A DNA stretch of 63,945 bases, counting the filler, from Parachlamydiales bacterium (GTDB lineage: Bacteria; Chlamydiota; Chlamydiia; Chlamydiales; Parachlamydiaceae): assembly GCA_020051075.1 (NCBI GenBank). It is 4 parts of 4 records of this genome, joined end to end, with 100 filler letters (N's around TTAATTAATTAA, not from the genome) between each part and the next. Parts side by side here need not be neighbours in the genome. Positions count along the whole stretch, not along the records: positions 1 to 21,889 come from JAGVJP010000030.1; 3 more parts are not named here. The stretch is one strand, 5' to 3'. Positions 9,238 to 19,717 of this stretch are shown here, piece after piece. Numbering within the stretch: position 1 is the first letter of the stretch; the number at the start of each line of letters is the position of its first letter. Position numbers and translations under genes: made by a program. The notes under the pieces were generated by a model. The model was not told the DNA's origin. It saw nothing but the letters and a program-made list of their open reading frames with translations, and made no database searches.

Positions 9238-9962
9238 GAATATTCCCGTATTGTCTGCAAGAGCTTGAACCCAATCTTTTTGTACATTGGCTGGCCCATT
9301 TCTGACCCATAAAGGACGGCCTGATTAATATTTTTATCTTTTGCTGCCTTCAGGCAGGCATGAGTGACCGCAGTCCCTAATCCCCGATTGCGAAAAGAAG
9401 GTAATGTGCCAAGGCAGTACAGCGATGCGCCAAGATTACCAAGATAGGCGAGGGATGTTGCTGCAGGCTGCCCTTCGTAGAATCCCAAGTAGGGAATGAA
9501 TTTACCCGTTTTGATCCAAGGAGTGAAGAATTGATCCACAAATGCCGGATCGATATTCAACCACCCAGCTGCCACTTTGATCCAATTCATGCGGTCCTCT
9601 GAAGAGCGAGCTTCGCTCACTTCGAGATCTTTATGAGCACCTGGGTAGTGATATTCGTCTAAGTCCAATCCCATTTCAAAAGTAAAATCGGGTCCCGTAA
9701 ATCCCCACTGAAGCAAGAGTTGTTCCTCTTGAGACTCTGAAAGCAGCCAAAAAAACGGTTTATCTTGATAGAAAGCTTTTACTTTCTGGTACCGTTCTAA
9801 GGTGACGTTTCCATAGACGAAATTCATGAAAGGAATAGCCACAGAAGCTTTGAATGCGATTAAGTCCCCTTCTTCTAAAAATTCCCAGCCCGGTTCATGA
9901 ATCAGGCTCATCGATTCTAAAAACAGCTCTTTTTGTAGACCTATTTGAATATGATTTGTCAT
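9225..9962 (-). CDS. GNAT acetyltransferase
   Basis: GTLPSFRNRGLGT acetyl-CoA motif, MYKKIGF; ATGA overlap with upstream gene. Confidence 0.85.
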   Translation of the reverse strand: MTNHIQIGLQKELFLESMSLIHEPGWEFLEEGDLIAFKASVAIPFMNFVYGNVTLERYQKVKAFYQDKPFFWLLSESQEEQLLLQWGFTGPDFTFEMGLDLDEYHYPGAHKDLEVSEARSSEDRMNWIKVAAGWLNIDPAFVDQFFTPWIKTGKFIPYLGFYEGQPAATSLAYLGNLGASLYCLGTLPSFRNRGLGTAVTHACLKAAKDKNINQAVLYGSEMGQPMYKKIGFKLLQTIREYSCAH

Positions 9963-10897
9963 GTGCAACTCAATTGTTTTGTAAGCCATAGGATTAGATC
10001 GTCATCTATTGGGTATTTTTCTCCAGGAACGACGACGGTGTGATTGTAGGTAATTCCCTCGCCGTCTGGTTTGTAGCTTAGTCGGAAATAGAGCCGTTGA
10101 GCGGCCCCATAGTCTCGGTACAGGCCAACTCCAATCCCGATTGCGGTGTACCCATTTTGTTTGGCCAGCTGTTCCAGATGAGCAATCAATGCGGTGGCGA
10201 TCCCCTTTTTTCTATTTTCTTCATAAACCCAGATATCATTGATCTCAGGAATATTGTTTTTTCTAAAATGGAGATACTCAGAAGATAGGAGCAGGTTGCC
10301 ATACCCGACTATTTTCCCCTGTTGCTCAACAATGCAAGCCAGTCGAGCTCCTTGTTGCTGCTCGTCCAGATAGCGGGTCCACTTTGCCACAGTCTCTTCT
10401 CTAGTGGACCATGGGAAATACAGGTCGCCGAGGGCTTCAATGTCTTGCTCTCGGAGAGGGCGGATATTGAAATCATCTGAGAATATGAGTTTCTTCGAGA
10501 GGTAATGAAATGATGTGCCATGGGCATAGCCTGAGCGAGTATAATCTAGCTCAAACCCCATTTTCTGATAGAATTCTAGAGCTTGAAAACTCATTGTTTC
10601 GACAAAAGCAAAGGGACACTTTTGCTCCAATCCATACGCAATTACACACTGCATGAGACGGGTGCCCATTCCTTTACCTCGATATTGTTCGTCGACGTAA
10701 ACGTATTTCACGTGGAGAGCATTCCAAAAACGTTCACCTACCATTGCACCTACAAAGGAATCCCCTTCCATTGCTACAAATGCGACTGCATCAAATTTCT
10801 CATTGTGGCCAGTCATTTGAATTGCATGGCGACTAAAACCATCATAAATCTTCTTCTTTAGCTCTTCGGTGAGAGCCTGCTCTCTAATCTCGATCAT
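9959..10897 (-). CDS. Tandem two-domain GNAT acetyltransferase
   Basis: VDEQYRGKGMG...FYQKMGF and VYEENRKKGIA...AAQRLY. Confidence 0.85.
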   Translation of the reverse strand: MIEIREQALTEELKKKIYDGFSRHAIQMTGHNEKFDAVAFVAMEGDSFVGAMVGERFWNALHVKYVYVDEQYRGKGMGTRLMQCVIAYGLEQKCPFAFVETMSFQALEFYQKMGFELDYTRSGYAHGTSFHYLSKKLIFSDDFNIRPLREQDIEALGDLYFPWSTREETVAKWTRYLDEQQQGARLACIVEQQGKIVGYGNLLLSSEYLHFRKNNIPEINDIWVYEENRKKGIATALIAHLEQLAKQNGYTAIGIGVGLYRDYGAAQRLYFRLSYKPDGEGITYNHTVVVPGEKYPIDDDLILWLTKQLSCT

Positions 10898-10916
10898 TGC
10901 GGCTTCTCAAGAATTT

Positions 10917-12686
10917 TCATTCGTTATGTGTATCTTGTATTCTTAACTGCATGTTGTACAAATTCGCATACGTTCCATTTAATGCGATCAATTCCTTGTG
11001 AGTTCCCTGTTCCTCTATCCCGTTATCAGTCAATACTAAGATTCGCTTAGCGGTCCTCACTGTTGAAAGACGGTGCGCGATGACAATTGTTGTGCGATTT
11101 TCAATGAGCTTTTCCAGCGAGTCTTGGACAGCTTTTTCGCTTTCATTATCTAGAGAGCTCGTTGCCTCATCAAAAATAATAATGGGAGGGTTTTTCAGGA
11201 AAACACGAGCCACACTTAAGCGTTGTTTTTGCCCGCCTGATAACTTTACGCCGCGTTGCCCGATATCTGTGGCGTACCCGTTCGGTAACGACATAATAAA
11301 TTCATGGGCATTTGCCATCTTGGCTGCCGCAATGATCTCCTGATCACTTGCATCCAATTTACCGTAGCGGATATTCTCTGAGACGGTTCCGGCAAACAGA
11401 TACACATCTTGTTGAACAAGCCCAATATTTCTTCTTAAAGACTCAAGCTGAAGACTTCTCACATTCTTATTGTCAATTAATATTTCCCCTTCGCTGACTT
11501 CATAAAATCGTGGGATTAAAGAACATAGAGTTGTTTTCCCAACTCCAGAAGGCCCGACCAAAGCAACATATTCTCCAACGTTGATGTTCAGAGAGATGTT
11601 TTTTAGAACATGCTCATAGCCTTCTCTATATTTAAAACTTACATTCTTAAATTCGATGTTTCCTTTCACGTGAGTAAGTTCACTGGCATCTGAAGCGTTT
11701 TTGATATCGGGCTCTACTTCTAAAACTTCCATAAATCGGTTAAAGCCTGCGACGCCTTCCTGGTATAGCCTTGTAAAATTCCCTAGCCTTTGTATGGGTT
11801 CAATGAGAATAACAAGATAAAGTAAAAATGTGAGCAAGTCGGCTAAATCTAAGGAGTTTTTGACAATACTGGCTGCTCCGAAAATAACAACAGCAACAGT
11901 CATGAGCTGGGTGAGGGAAATCAAACCGTCATAAAACTTAGCCTCGTTTTTATAACCCTCTCTTCTGCTTTCAACAAAACGGTTGTTTTCGTATGCAAAT
12001 TTCTTCTTTTCAACTTCTTCATTGGTAAAAGACTTTACAACTCTGATGCCAGCAAGCGAGTCTTCAACCTGAGCATTAATATCCCCGATTCTATTCTTGC
12101 TTTTCCTTAAGGCATGGTGCATTTTCTTACTAAAATAGAACCCATAGATAGCCATAATGGGCAAGAAAAGAAAAGCGATGAGGCCAAGCTTGACATTGAT
12201 ATTAATCAAAATGACAAAGGCACCGATAAAATTCAAAAGTGAGATTACGATATCTTCGGGACCATGATGATATAATTCAGCGAGATCAAACGTATCGTTT
12301 GAGATGCGTGTCATGAGTTGACCCGTTCTGTGCTCGTCATAAAATTTGAAGGAAAGCTTTTGGCAATGTTCAAACAGTTCATTACGCATGTCTCTTTCCA
12401 TTAAGGCACCCATCATATGCCCCTTGTAGTCAATAAATGCATGGCAGATGGCATTAACGGCTACCAAAGCCAGCATAACGCCGCCCATGACGTAAATTTG
12501 ACTGAGCGCATTAGGAGAGTGATTTTCTATCAAATCCTTGGTGATATATCTTACAACTAATGGAATTGCCAGCGTGACTGCTGATACAACGATTGCGCAA
12601 GCCATATCTGCACAAAACAGACCTAGGTAAGGCTTATAGTATGAGAGAAATTTTCTTGCTCGTGAGTTCACAATTTTGACCTGCAA
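10917..12686 (-). CDS. ABC exporter (TMD + NBD fusion)
   Basis: Multiple TM segments, GPSGVGKTT, LSGGQKQR, IFDEATS; true start may be GTG at 12671. Confidence 0.9.
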   Translation of the reverse strand: MQVKIVNSRARKFLSYYKPYLGLFCADMACAIVVSAVTLAIPLVVRYITKDLIENHSPNALSQIYVMGGVMLALVAVNAICHAFIDYKGHMMGALMERDMRNELFEHCQKLSFKFYDEHRTGQLMTRISNDTFDLAELYHHGPEDIVISLLNFIGAFVILININVKLGLIAFLFLPIMAIYGFYFSKKMHHALRKSKNRIGDINAQVEDSLAGIRVVKSFTNEEVEKKKFAYENNRFVESRREGYKNEAKFYDGLISLTQLMTVAVVIFGAASIVKNSLDLADLLTFLLYLVILIEPIQRLGNFTRLYQEGVAGFNRFMEVLEVEPDIKNASDASELTHVKGNIEFKNVSFKYREGYEHVLKNISLNINVGEYVALVGPSGVGKTTLCSLIPRFYEVSEGEILIDNKNVRSLQLESLRRNIGLVQQDVYLFAGTVSENIRYGKLDASDQEIIAAAKMANAHEFIMSLPNGYATDIGQRGVKLSGGQKQRLSVARVFLKNPPIIIFDEATSSLDNESEKAVQDSLEKLIENRTTIVIAHRLSTVRTAKRILVLTDNGIEEQGTHKELIALNGTYANLYNMQLRIQDTHNE

Positions 12687-12940
12687 TATTTTTCAAAAAA
12701 TGGGCGATTTTTCCGAATTCTTCAGAAAAAAAACATCGACTACTCCCATGTGGATCTCTGGCAGCCCTTTTACAGAGAGATCTTAGCAATCAAACAGGAT
12801 GTTTTCCAAGAAAAACTGAACATGAGCGTATCTCGAAAGTAAAAATAAAATATTTACTCTTAAGACAGACTCTAAGACTAACCCTTGAACCCCCTCCTTC
12901 TATTATGGTAGAATAGTCCCTCAAACAGAGGAAACCTCTC

Positions 12941-13723
12941 ATGAAAAAAACAGGGTTAATCCTGGCAGTACTTGTATGGGTGACAGCGGCCATAGCCGAA
13001 GTGCGAGAAGTCTCCTCCGTTGAATCGATCTATCAAGAGGTTAGCCAATCCGACGAACAGACTCTTATCTTGTTGGATGTTGGAGGCACATTGCTCTGCC
13101 GTCCTGACCCTGTCTTTCATAAAGAGCATGAGAAATGGAGAGTCGCCTGGTTTCAGCGCAACTATCCCGATTTGTCTTTGGACGAGTGGACCGCTTTATG
13201 GAATGTGGTGGAAGAAAGCAATAACAGCTGGTCCTTGATGGATAAGTGGCCCAACTTAATTGAGCAAGCCCATTGCCGAAAGATTAAGGTGGCTGCATTC
13301 ACCAAGGTGTTGATGGACCCTTCATTTTTAGACGCGCGCGTAAACCAACTCGCCCACTTTGGGTTGGACGTCCAAGATGAGCTTCCTGAACTTGCGCCAG
13401 GAGGAGATCAGTTTACCTATATTCGTGGGGTGATTCTGACAGGTGAAAAACTCAAAGGGCCTGTTCTGCAAGAGGTCTTGAAAAAGCTTAAACACCGTCC
13501 TTCCAAAATTCTCTTTGCCGATGATCGCAAGGAGCAGATAGAAAGCGTCGAGAAAACGTGCCTGGAAGAAGGAATCCCCTTTATTGGATTCCATTACACA
13601 CCTTTGGATACCGTTCCTCCTCTTGATGAATCTGTGGCTGAATACCAACTCCAGACTCTCATAAAAGAACGTCGATGGGTTTCAGCGAAAGAAGTGAACA
13701 AGGACCAGCGCCTTTCCAACTAA
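12941..13723 (+). CDS. Secreted HAD-like protein (DUF2608-like)
   Basis: Signal peptide; LILLDVGGTL, KGPVL, ILFADDR, FIGFHY. Confidence 0.7.
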   Translation: MKKTGLILAVLVWVTAAIAEVREVSSVESIYQEVSQSDEQTLILLDVGGTLLCRPDPVFHKEHEKWRVAWFQRNYPDLSLDEWTALWNVVEESNNSWSLMDKWPNLIEQAHCRKIKVAAFTKVLMDPSFLDARVNQLAHFGLDVQDELPELAPGGDQFTYIRGVILTGEKLKGPVLQEVLKKLKHRPSKILFADDRKEQIESVEKTCLEEGIPFIGFHYTPLDTVPPLDESVAEYQLQTLIKERRWVSAKEVNKDQRLSN

Positions 13724-13874
13724 AATTGACTTTCCGCATCCCCGAGCGATTACCGGAAGAGGAAGTCTCAAATCTTTTGCCTCGGACACAACCACGCGCT
13801 TGACCTCGCCTGAAAATAGGCTGAACTTACGTGAGTTTTTCTTCTTAAAAAAATTGCCTGCAACTGCCCTGCTG

Positions 13875-14885
<1,011 letters not shown>

Positions 14886-15080
14886 TCATTTTCGCTGCAG
14901 TTAAAATTGGTAAATAGCTTTATCGAGCCGTAAATTTTTGCTTCAAGTAAATAAAATTTACAGACTCGGTGTGCTTAATGCAAGAAGTATTTATGAAAAA
15001 CACCGAATTCAGTTGATAATTGAAGCCGACTAGTGCATAAGTGTTGCCCTTTCTCTTAAAAGATCAAAATAAAGCGAGGT

Positions 15081-16346
15081 TTGATCATGGACAGTCCTAG
15101 TGATTTAAAACCCAATTCCAAATTGAATGTTATCATCATCCTTATGATTGCATTTGTGGATTATGTCGGTATCGGACTGGTTTACCCGATATTTGCAGTC
15201 CTGTTATTCGACCCAAGCAATTTGATTGTCCCAGCAAACTCTTCACCTGAATATCGAGGGGCTATGCTCGGCATCCTCATTTCACTCACGCCCATTTCCC
15301 AGTTTTTCCTGTCACCTGTTTTAGGGACTTTTTCTGATATTAAGGGACGAAGACCAGCCCTTTTAGGAGGGATCAGTTTAGGATGTTTAGGTTACATGGT
15401 TGCTGTCTTGGGTATCTATATGAGTTCGTTGTGGCTGCTCTTTTTGTATCGTATACTTGTCGGAGCCTCAGATGCGACTGCAGCGGTAGGCCAGGCAGCA
15501 CTTGCAGATATCAGTACGGAGCAAAACAAAGCCAGAAGATTCGCTTACTTAAGCTCTTGTCTTGGATTAGGCTTCACGGTTGGACCATTTCTAGGCGGTA
15601 TCATTGCTGACCCTTCTATCGTCAGTTGGTTTAATTATTCTACTCCTCTGGCGGCTGCAGGCTTAATGTCTTTAACAAATTTAATTTTAGTTGTTTGGAA
15701 ATTCCGAGAAACTCGACAAATTTTAGAAAAAAGAAATTTTAATTTCTTTGAAGGTCTATATAACATTCGCAAAGTGTTTTTACTCAAAAATTTAAGATGG
15801 CTGTTTTTTGCAGGTTTTGCACTTTATTTCGGCTGGTCGTTTTTCAATGAGTTCGTTCCTTTATTACTGCGGGAACGTTTTGACTTTTCTTTAAGTCATA
15901 TTGGCGAGTTCTATGCATATACCGGAGCTTGGTTTGCTATTGGAGCCCTGATAGCCACCCGATTCGTGCACCGCTTTTCACCAGAAAAAATTGCGGTTGT
16001 TTCGACTTTTTTAGTGGCAATATGCATGTTGAATTTTCTAATTCCATCTCAATCCTTATATATTTGGTGGATTACCCCATTGATGCTGTGCTCTCTCGCT
16101 TTTGCTTACCCTACTGCCACCACGGTTATATCCAACCGTACTTGCAGCGAATCTCAAGGGGAAGTATTAGGTGTCTATCAATCGGTATGTGCTGCTGCAA
16201 TGGGATTGAGTCCATTATTTGTCGGCCCTGCTGTAGGCGCTCATCCGAGTCTGATTGCATGGGGAGGAGCCTTGTGTTTTCTACTTTCCAGCCTGGGGTA
16301 TTGGAATAGCAGAAAAAGCGGCAGCTCTAAATCAGTAGAGATTTAA
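15081..16346 (+). CDS. MFS efflux transporter (TetA/DHA1-like)
   Basis: About 12 TM segments, SDIKGRRP motif A, GFTVGPFLGG motif C. Confidence 0.85.
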   Translation: MIMDSPSDLKPNSKLNVIIILMIAFVDYVGIGLVYPIFAVLLFDPSNLIVPANSSPEYRGAMLGILISLTPISQFFLSPVLGTFSDIKGRRPALLGGISLGCLGYMVAVLGIYMSSLWLLFLYRILVGASDATAAVGQAALADISTEQNKARRFAYLSSCLGLGFTVGPFLGGIIADPSIVSWFNYSTPLAAAGLMSLTNLILVVWKFRETRQILEKRNFNFFEGLYNIRKVFLLKNLRWLFFAGFALYFGWSFFNEFVPLLLRERFDFSLSHIGEFYAYTGAWFAIGALIATRFVHRFSPEKIAVVSTFLVAICMLNFLIPSQSLYIWWITPLMLCSLAFAYPTATTVISNRTCSESQGEVLGVYQSVCAAAMGLSPLFVGPAVGAHPSLIAWGGALCFLLSSLGYWNSRKSGSSKSVEI

Positions 16347-16353
16347 ACTTTTT

Positions 16354-16767
16354 TTATGGAACCAACAGCGTCTTGAATTGATCGACCTCTGTTTCCATTT
16401 CAATTGCATCATCAGAAATAGGAATAATTTGGTGAGGTTTTTCGATCTTAAAATAAGAAATGGGCTTATTCGCCTTCTGAGCAAGAAGAATTTCAACTAG
16501 CACCCCATTTGAAATCGGGCCAAAGACCCAAAGTTGATCGGCCCGATGAACAAGGGAATTGTTAGCATCCCTGACAAGATTTCTATCCACACAATCTAAG
16601 AGAAAATAGTCAAAAAGCATGAACGGATTTAAAGGAACCTTACCCTGCTCCAAGACATAACGAGAGATGAACATCCGAAAGTAAAAAAAGTGCTTCGACA
16701 TCGCTGTATAGACGAGTTGTTGATCGCCTGCCAAAGACAACGCCTCATGAAAAAAAGGAACATTCAT
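16354..16767 (-). CDS. Hypothetical protein, nucleoside-deoxyribosyltransferase-like fold
   Basis: VPLNPF...ADQLWVFGPISNGVLVEI...KPI pattern. Confidence 0.55.
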   Translation of the reverse strand: MNVPFFHEALSLAGDQQLVYTAMSKHFFYFRMFISRYVLEQGKVPLNPFMLFDYFLLDCVDRNLVRDANNSLVHRADQLWVFGPISNGVLVEILLAQKANKPISYFKIEKPHQIIPISDDAIEMETEVDQFKTLLVP

Positions 16768-16932
16768 TTAGGACTCCACATTAAGATCTATTAACCTTGC
16801 AATAGGATAACAAAGGAGATTATTTTTGACCACCTACCCAGATACCAAGCAGAGACTCCCGCTAAATACTGGGAAAATTAATCACTGAAGGCTCTCTTTT
16901 TTCTTCCAAGCTCTTTGCGAAGAGCCCAGCTC

Positions 16933-17709
16933 TTAAACCTTTTCGCGGAAACGGTAAAACTTGACGGTATCACCGTAGTAGTCGAGAGTCCAAAAGACCT
17001 CGTGTTCGTAGACGTAGTGACACCTCATCCAGCCCCATTTAGACTCAATACTCCCCCCTTCAGATGAATTCCAATTGCGCTGGGTTGCACGGTAGATCCC
17101 CGCATGAACAGTTCCTTCGATCCGGGTTCCATCAGCTGTGAGAGCTCCCAGAGGGTTCTCGTAAACGGCGAGATCTCCGTCTTGTGGAACTTCGGGAGGA
17201 GGAATTGGGACAAAATACTTCTGGACAAGTTGATTGAAATGAAATGCCTGACCTGGGTATTCCACATCGTTGATCGATTCGCCGTACTGATCCTTAATTC
17301 TCGTTTCAAAAATCCGGATCGCATATTCCATGCAATTAATGAAACGGCGCTGATCATCATCTTCGAATGTTTTAACAACAAGGAAATAGCCCCCTCCTTG
17401 ATACTCGGAAGAAGGGATACTTCCAAATGGTCTTCCATCTCTGAGACGAGAAGGAGTATAACTATATGCCAGTCCGTGTGTTTTGTAGTCATCTGAGCAG
17501 AAGAAGCAAATCCGCCGAATTTTTTCTCTCGGGTCAACCCATTCGCGACTTCCATATTGATCGGTGAATGGGATTTTCGTGAGAGGAACGTACGTTCTTG
17601 CGTAAGTCAACTGACCATGCAAGCCGGGTAAATAGGTCGGGACTCCAGCCATGGTTCCTAAAAAAGGAGTGGAGGAGCTTGATTCTTCTGCAGACATACT
17701 AAGCCTCAT
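16933..17709 (-). CDS. Hypothetical protein, possible papain-like Cys-His enzyme / effector
   Basis: Ser-rich N-terminus; NCMEYA, GDLAVY, HAGIY, ESKWG. Confidence 0.5.
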   Translation of the reverse strand: MRLSMSAEESSSSTPFLGTMAGVPTYLPGLHGQLTYARTYVPLTKIPFTDQYGSREWVDPREKIRRICFFCSDDYKTHGLAYSYTPSRLRDGRPFGSIPSSEYQGGGYFLVVKTFEDDDQRRFINCMEYAIRIFETRIKDQYGESINDVEYPGQAFHFNQLVQKYFVPIPPPEVPQDGDLAVYENPLGALTADGTRIEGTVHAGIYRATQRNWNSSEGGSIESKWGWMRCHYVYEHEVFWTLDYYGDTVKFYRFREKV

Positions 17710-17837
17710 TATTTTTATTAAATTATAACAACTTTTACGTATTATTTGAATAAAAATGAAGGTTTTAAATTTAAATTATATTATAAATGCTGCAGCACGC
17801 TGTATAATAAAAATTAATTTTAACAAAAGTGGAAGAT

Positions 17838-18290
17838 TCAAGAGCCTTGGAGCGCATTAGAATGAGATTGACTACTTGGAAGAACAGATCCCTTTTTGCC
17901 GGTGCACAACGGAGTAAGATAAGTCAATTCAGGTTCGCCAACAATAAGAGACGTAATTATTGAGACCTGTTGAAGAAAATGCGGAGAATTAAAATGTGCC
18001 TCTAAAGCCTCTTTCGATACCCACCCTTCAACTAACACAAAAATGGATGGGTCCTCAACATCGCGGTGCAAGGCGTAAAGTAAGCATCCTGGTTCTGTAT
18101 AAGTAGCTTCTGATAGCGTCTTTAGGGCGTCTTCCAGCTTTTCTTCACAACCCTGTTTTGCTTTCATCTTGCCAAGCATAACAAATTCTTTCATGTTTTC
18201 TCCGTTGATTGACGCTTGCTTTGCCACCCCTTGATTATTTAGGAAAACAGCAGCTAAAAAGCACAGTAAAACAATACAAATTTTCTTCAT
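17838..18290 (-). CDS. ABM-family monooxygenase with signal peptide
   Basis: MKK + hydrophobic leader; EPGCLLYALH, FVLVEGW, AHFNSPHF. Confidence 0.8.
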   Translation of the reverse strand: MKKICIVLLCFLAAVFLNNQGVAKQASINGENMKEFVMLGKMKAKQGCEEKLEDALKTLSEATYTEPGCLLYALHRDVEDPSIFVLVEGWVSKEALEAHFNSPHFLQQVSIITSLIVGEPELTYLTPLCTGKKGSVLPSSQSHSNALQGS

Positions 18291-18357
18291 CTGATGGATC
18301 CTTTGGTCTTAGAATTTATATTTAAGGATGATTTCTCTCAAAGCATCTTTCTTAAGG

Positions 18358-18495
18358 CTTGAAGAATCGGGATTTTGGCAAGGAGGGGCCGCAACATTTG
18401 GATTCGGAGCGAATGACCATTGCTAAGAGGCAAAGCATGAGTGAGAATCCAAATGTTGAGGACACCCCAACACAGCCAAAAACCGATTCTTCAAG
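18358..18495. repeat. 138-bp palindromic element (MITE/RPE-like)
   Basis: Perfect 13-bp terminal IR CTTGAAGAATCGG/CCGATTCTTCAAG; inner 14-bp IR CAACATTTGGATTC/GAATCCAAATGTTG. Confidence 0.8.
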
Positions 18496-19134
18496 TTATT
18501 TCAGTATTAGGGCTTTTTTACAAAAAGCCTGAATGAACGGATGAGTGTGATAGGACGATTCTTTGTCTCTGGTGAAAAGATCTAAGATCTCAAACTGCGC
18601 ATCGAGCAAAAATTTCTGGAGTTCGTCTTCCTTGAAATAGGAGAAGAACTTTTGAATGTTGCCGTAGCGATGATCGGTCTCCAAGCCTTCCCCTTCTCCC
18701 TTTTTGAGTTTTAAGAAGAACACTCCATTGGGATTCAACATTCCATGAATTTTAGCGAGGATTCGTGGAATGTCGCTCTTTGGAATGTGTAAGAGGGACG
18801 CATTTGCCCAGGCTCCATCGAAAGCGGTGTCTAAATCTAAAGATTGGATGTCCTGTACTTGAAAATGAGCAAGAGGTGCTGTTGCTTTGGCGATTTCAAT
18901 CATGTTTGGTGAATAATCGATTCCTAATACCTGGTAACCCATTTCAGAAAACACCTTGGCATCTCTACCTGATCCACATCCAATATCAATGATGGATCCA
19001 GTAGGAGGTATCAGCGAAAGAAATCGGGCGGCATCGCTAGGGTTGTACAAGGGAGCCACGTTTTTGGCGTATGCGTTGGCAGAGGATTCGTAAGATCTCC
19101 AAGTCTCATCTTTTTCATTTTTGGGATCGACCAT
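18496..19134 (-). CDS. Class I SAM-dependent methyltransferase
   Basis: IIDIGCGSGRD, FDGAWANASLLH. Confidence 0.85.
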   Translation of the reverse strand: MVDPKNEKDETWRSYESSANAYAKNVAPLYNPSDAARFLSLIPPTGSIIDIGCGSGRDAKVFSEMGYQVLGIDYSPNMIEIAKATAPLAHFQVQDIQSLDLDTAFDGAWANASLLHIPKSDIPRILAKIHGMLNPNGVFFLKLKKGEGEGLETDHRYGNIQKFFSYFKEDELQKFLLDAQFEILDLFTRDKESSYHTHPFIQAFCKKALILK

Positions 19135-19147
19135 GTTTAGATTCTCC

Positions 19148-19660
19148 CTATTCAACGGAATAATGCTCAGCTTGATTTGTTTTCGTATCATAGATGGCAA
19201 AGCTGGCTCCTAACGGCTCTCCCAATGTTGCTTTCATCAGAGACCCGGGATTTAAGGACAGCGTTTTACCGACTGTTTCATTGATCTTCTGATGAGTATG
19301 TCCATGGAAAACGGCATCATAAGCGCCACAAGTGACTAAGGCATCGACGATCCCTTGATAATCGCCATGAAAGACAGCAATTTTTCGATGATCGATGGAG
19401 AGTTCAAGAAAACGGTCTTCAAAAGTAATGTTTAAGCCATACTGTTGACTGAATTTTAAATGGCGAAACTTATCCCCATCATTATTGCCAAAAACGCCTT
19501 GCATCGGCATTTTCAATCCTTTAAAAGCGTGCAAAATGAAAGGGGAAATCCAATCTCCACAATGAATTACCAAATCCACATGAGCATCATTTAACATGTT
19601 CACACACTGCACAATCAGCTCCTGCTGGTCATGCGTATCTGAGAGGACTCCAATTTTCAT
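19148..19660 (-). CDS. Metallophosphoesterase, YfcE family
   Basis: SDTH, HCGD, GNND, HG, GHTH, NPGS. Confidence 0.9.
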   Translation of the reverse strand: MKIGVLSDTHDQQELIVQCVNMLNDAHVDLVIHCGDWISPFILHAFKGLKMPMQGVFGNNDGDKFRHLKFSQQYGLNITFEDRFLELSIDHRKIAVFHGDYQGIVDALVTCGAYDAVFHGHTHQKINETVGKTLSLNPGSLMKATLGEPLGASFAIYDTKTNQAEHYSVE

Positions 19661-19717
19661 TTGTTCACCTATTCTTAAAACCAGATCCCTTTTGCAAAGG
19701 ACCTGGCGTATAGATTT

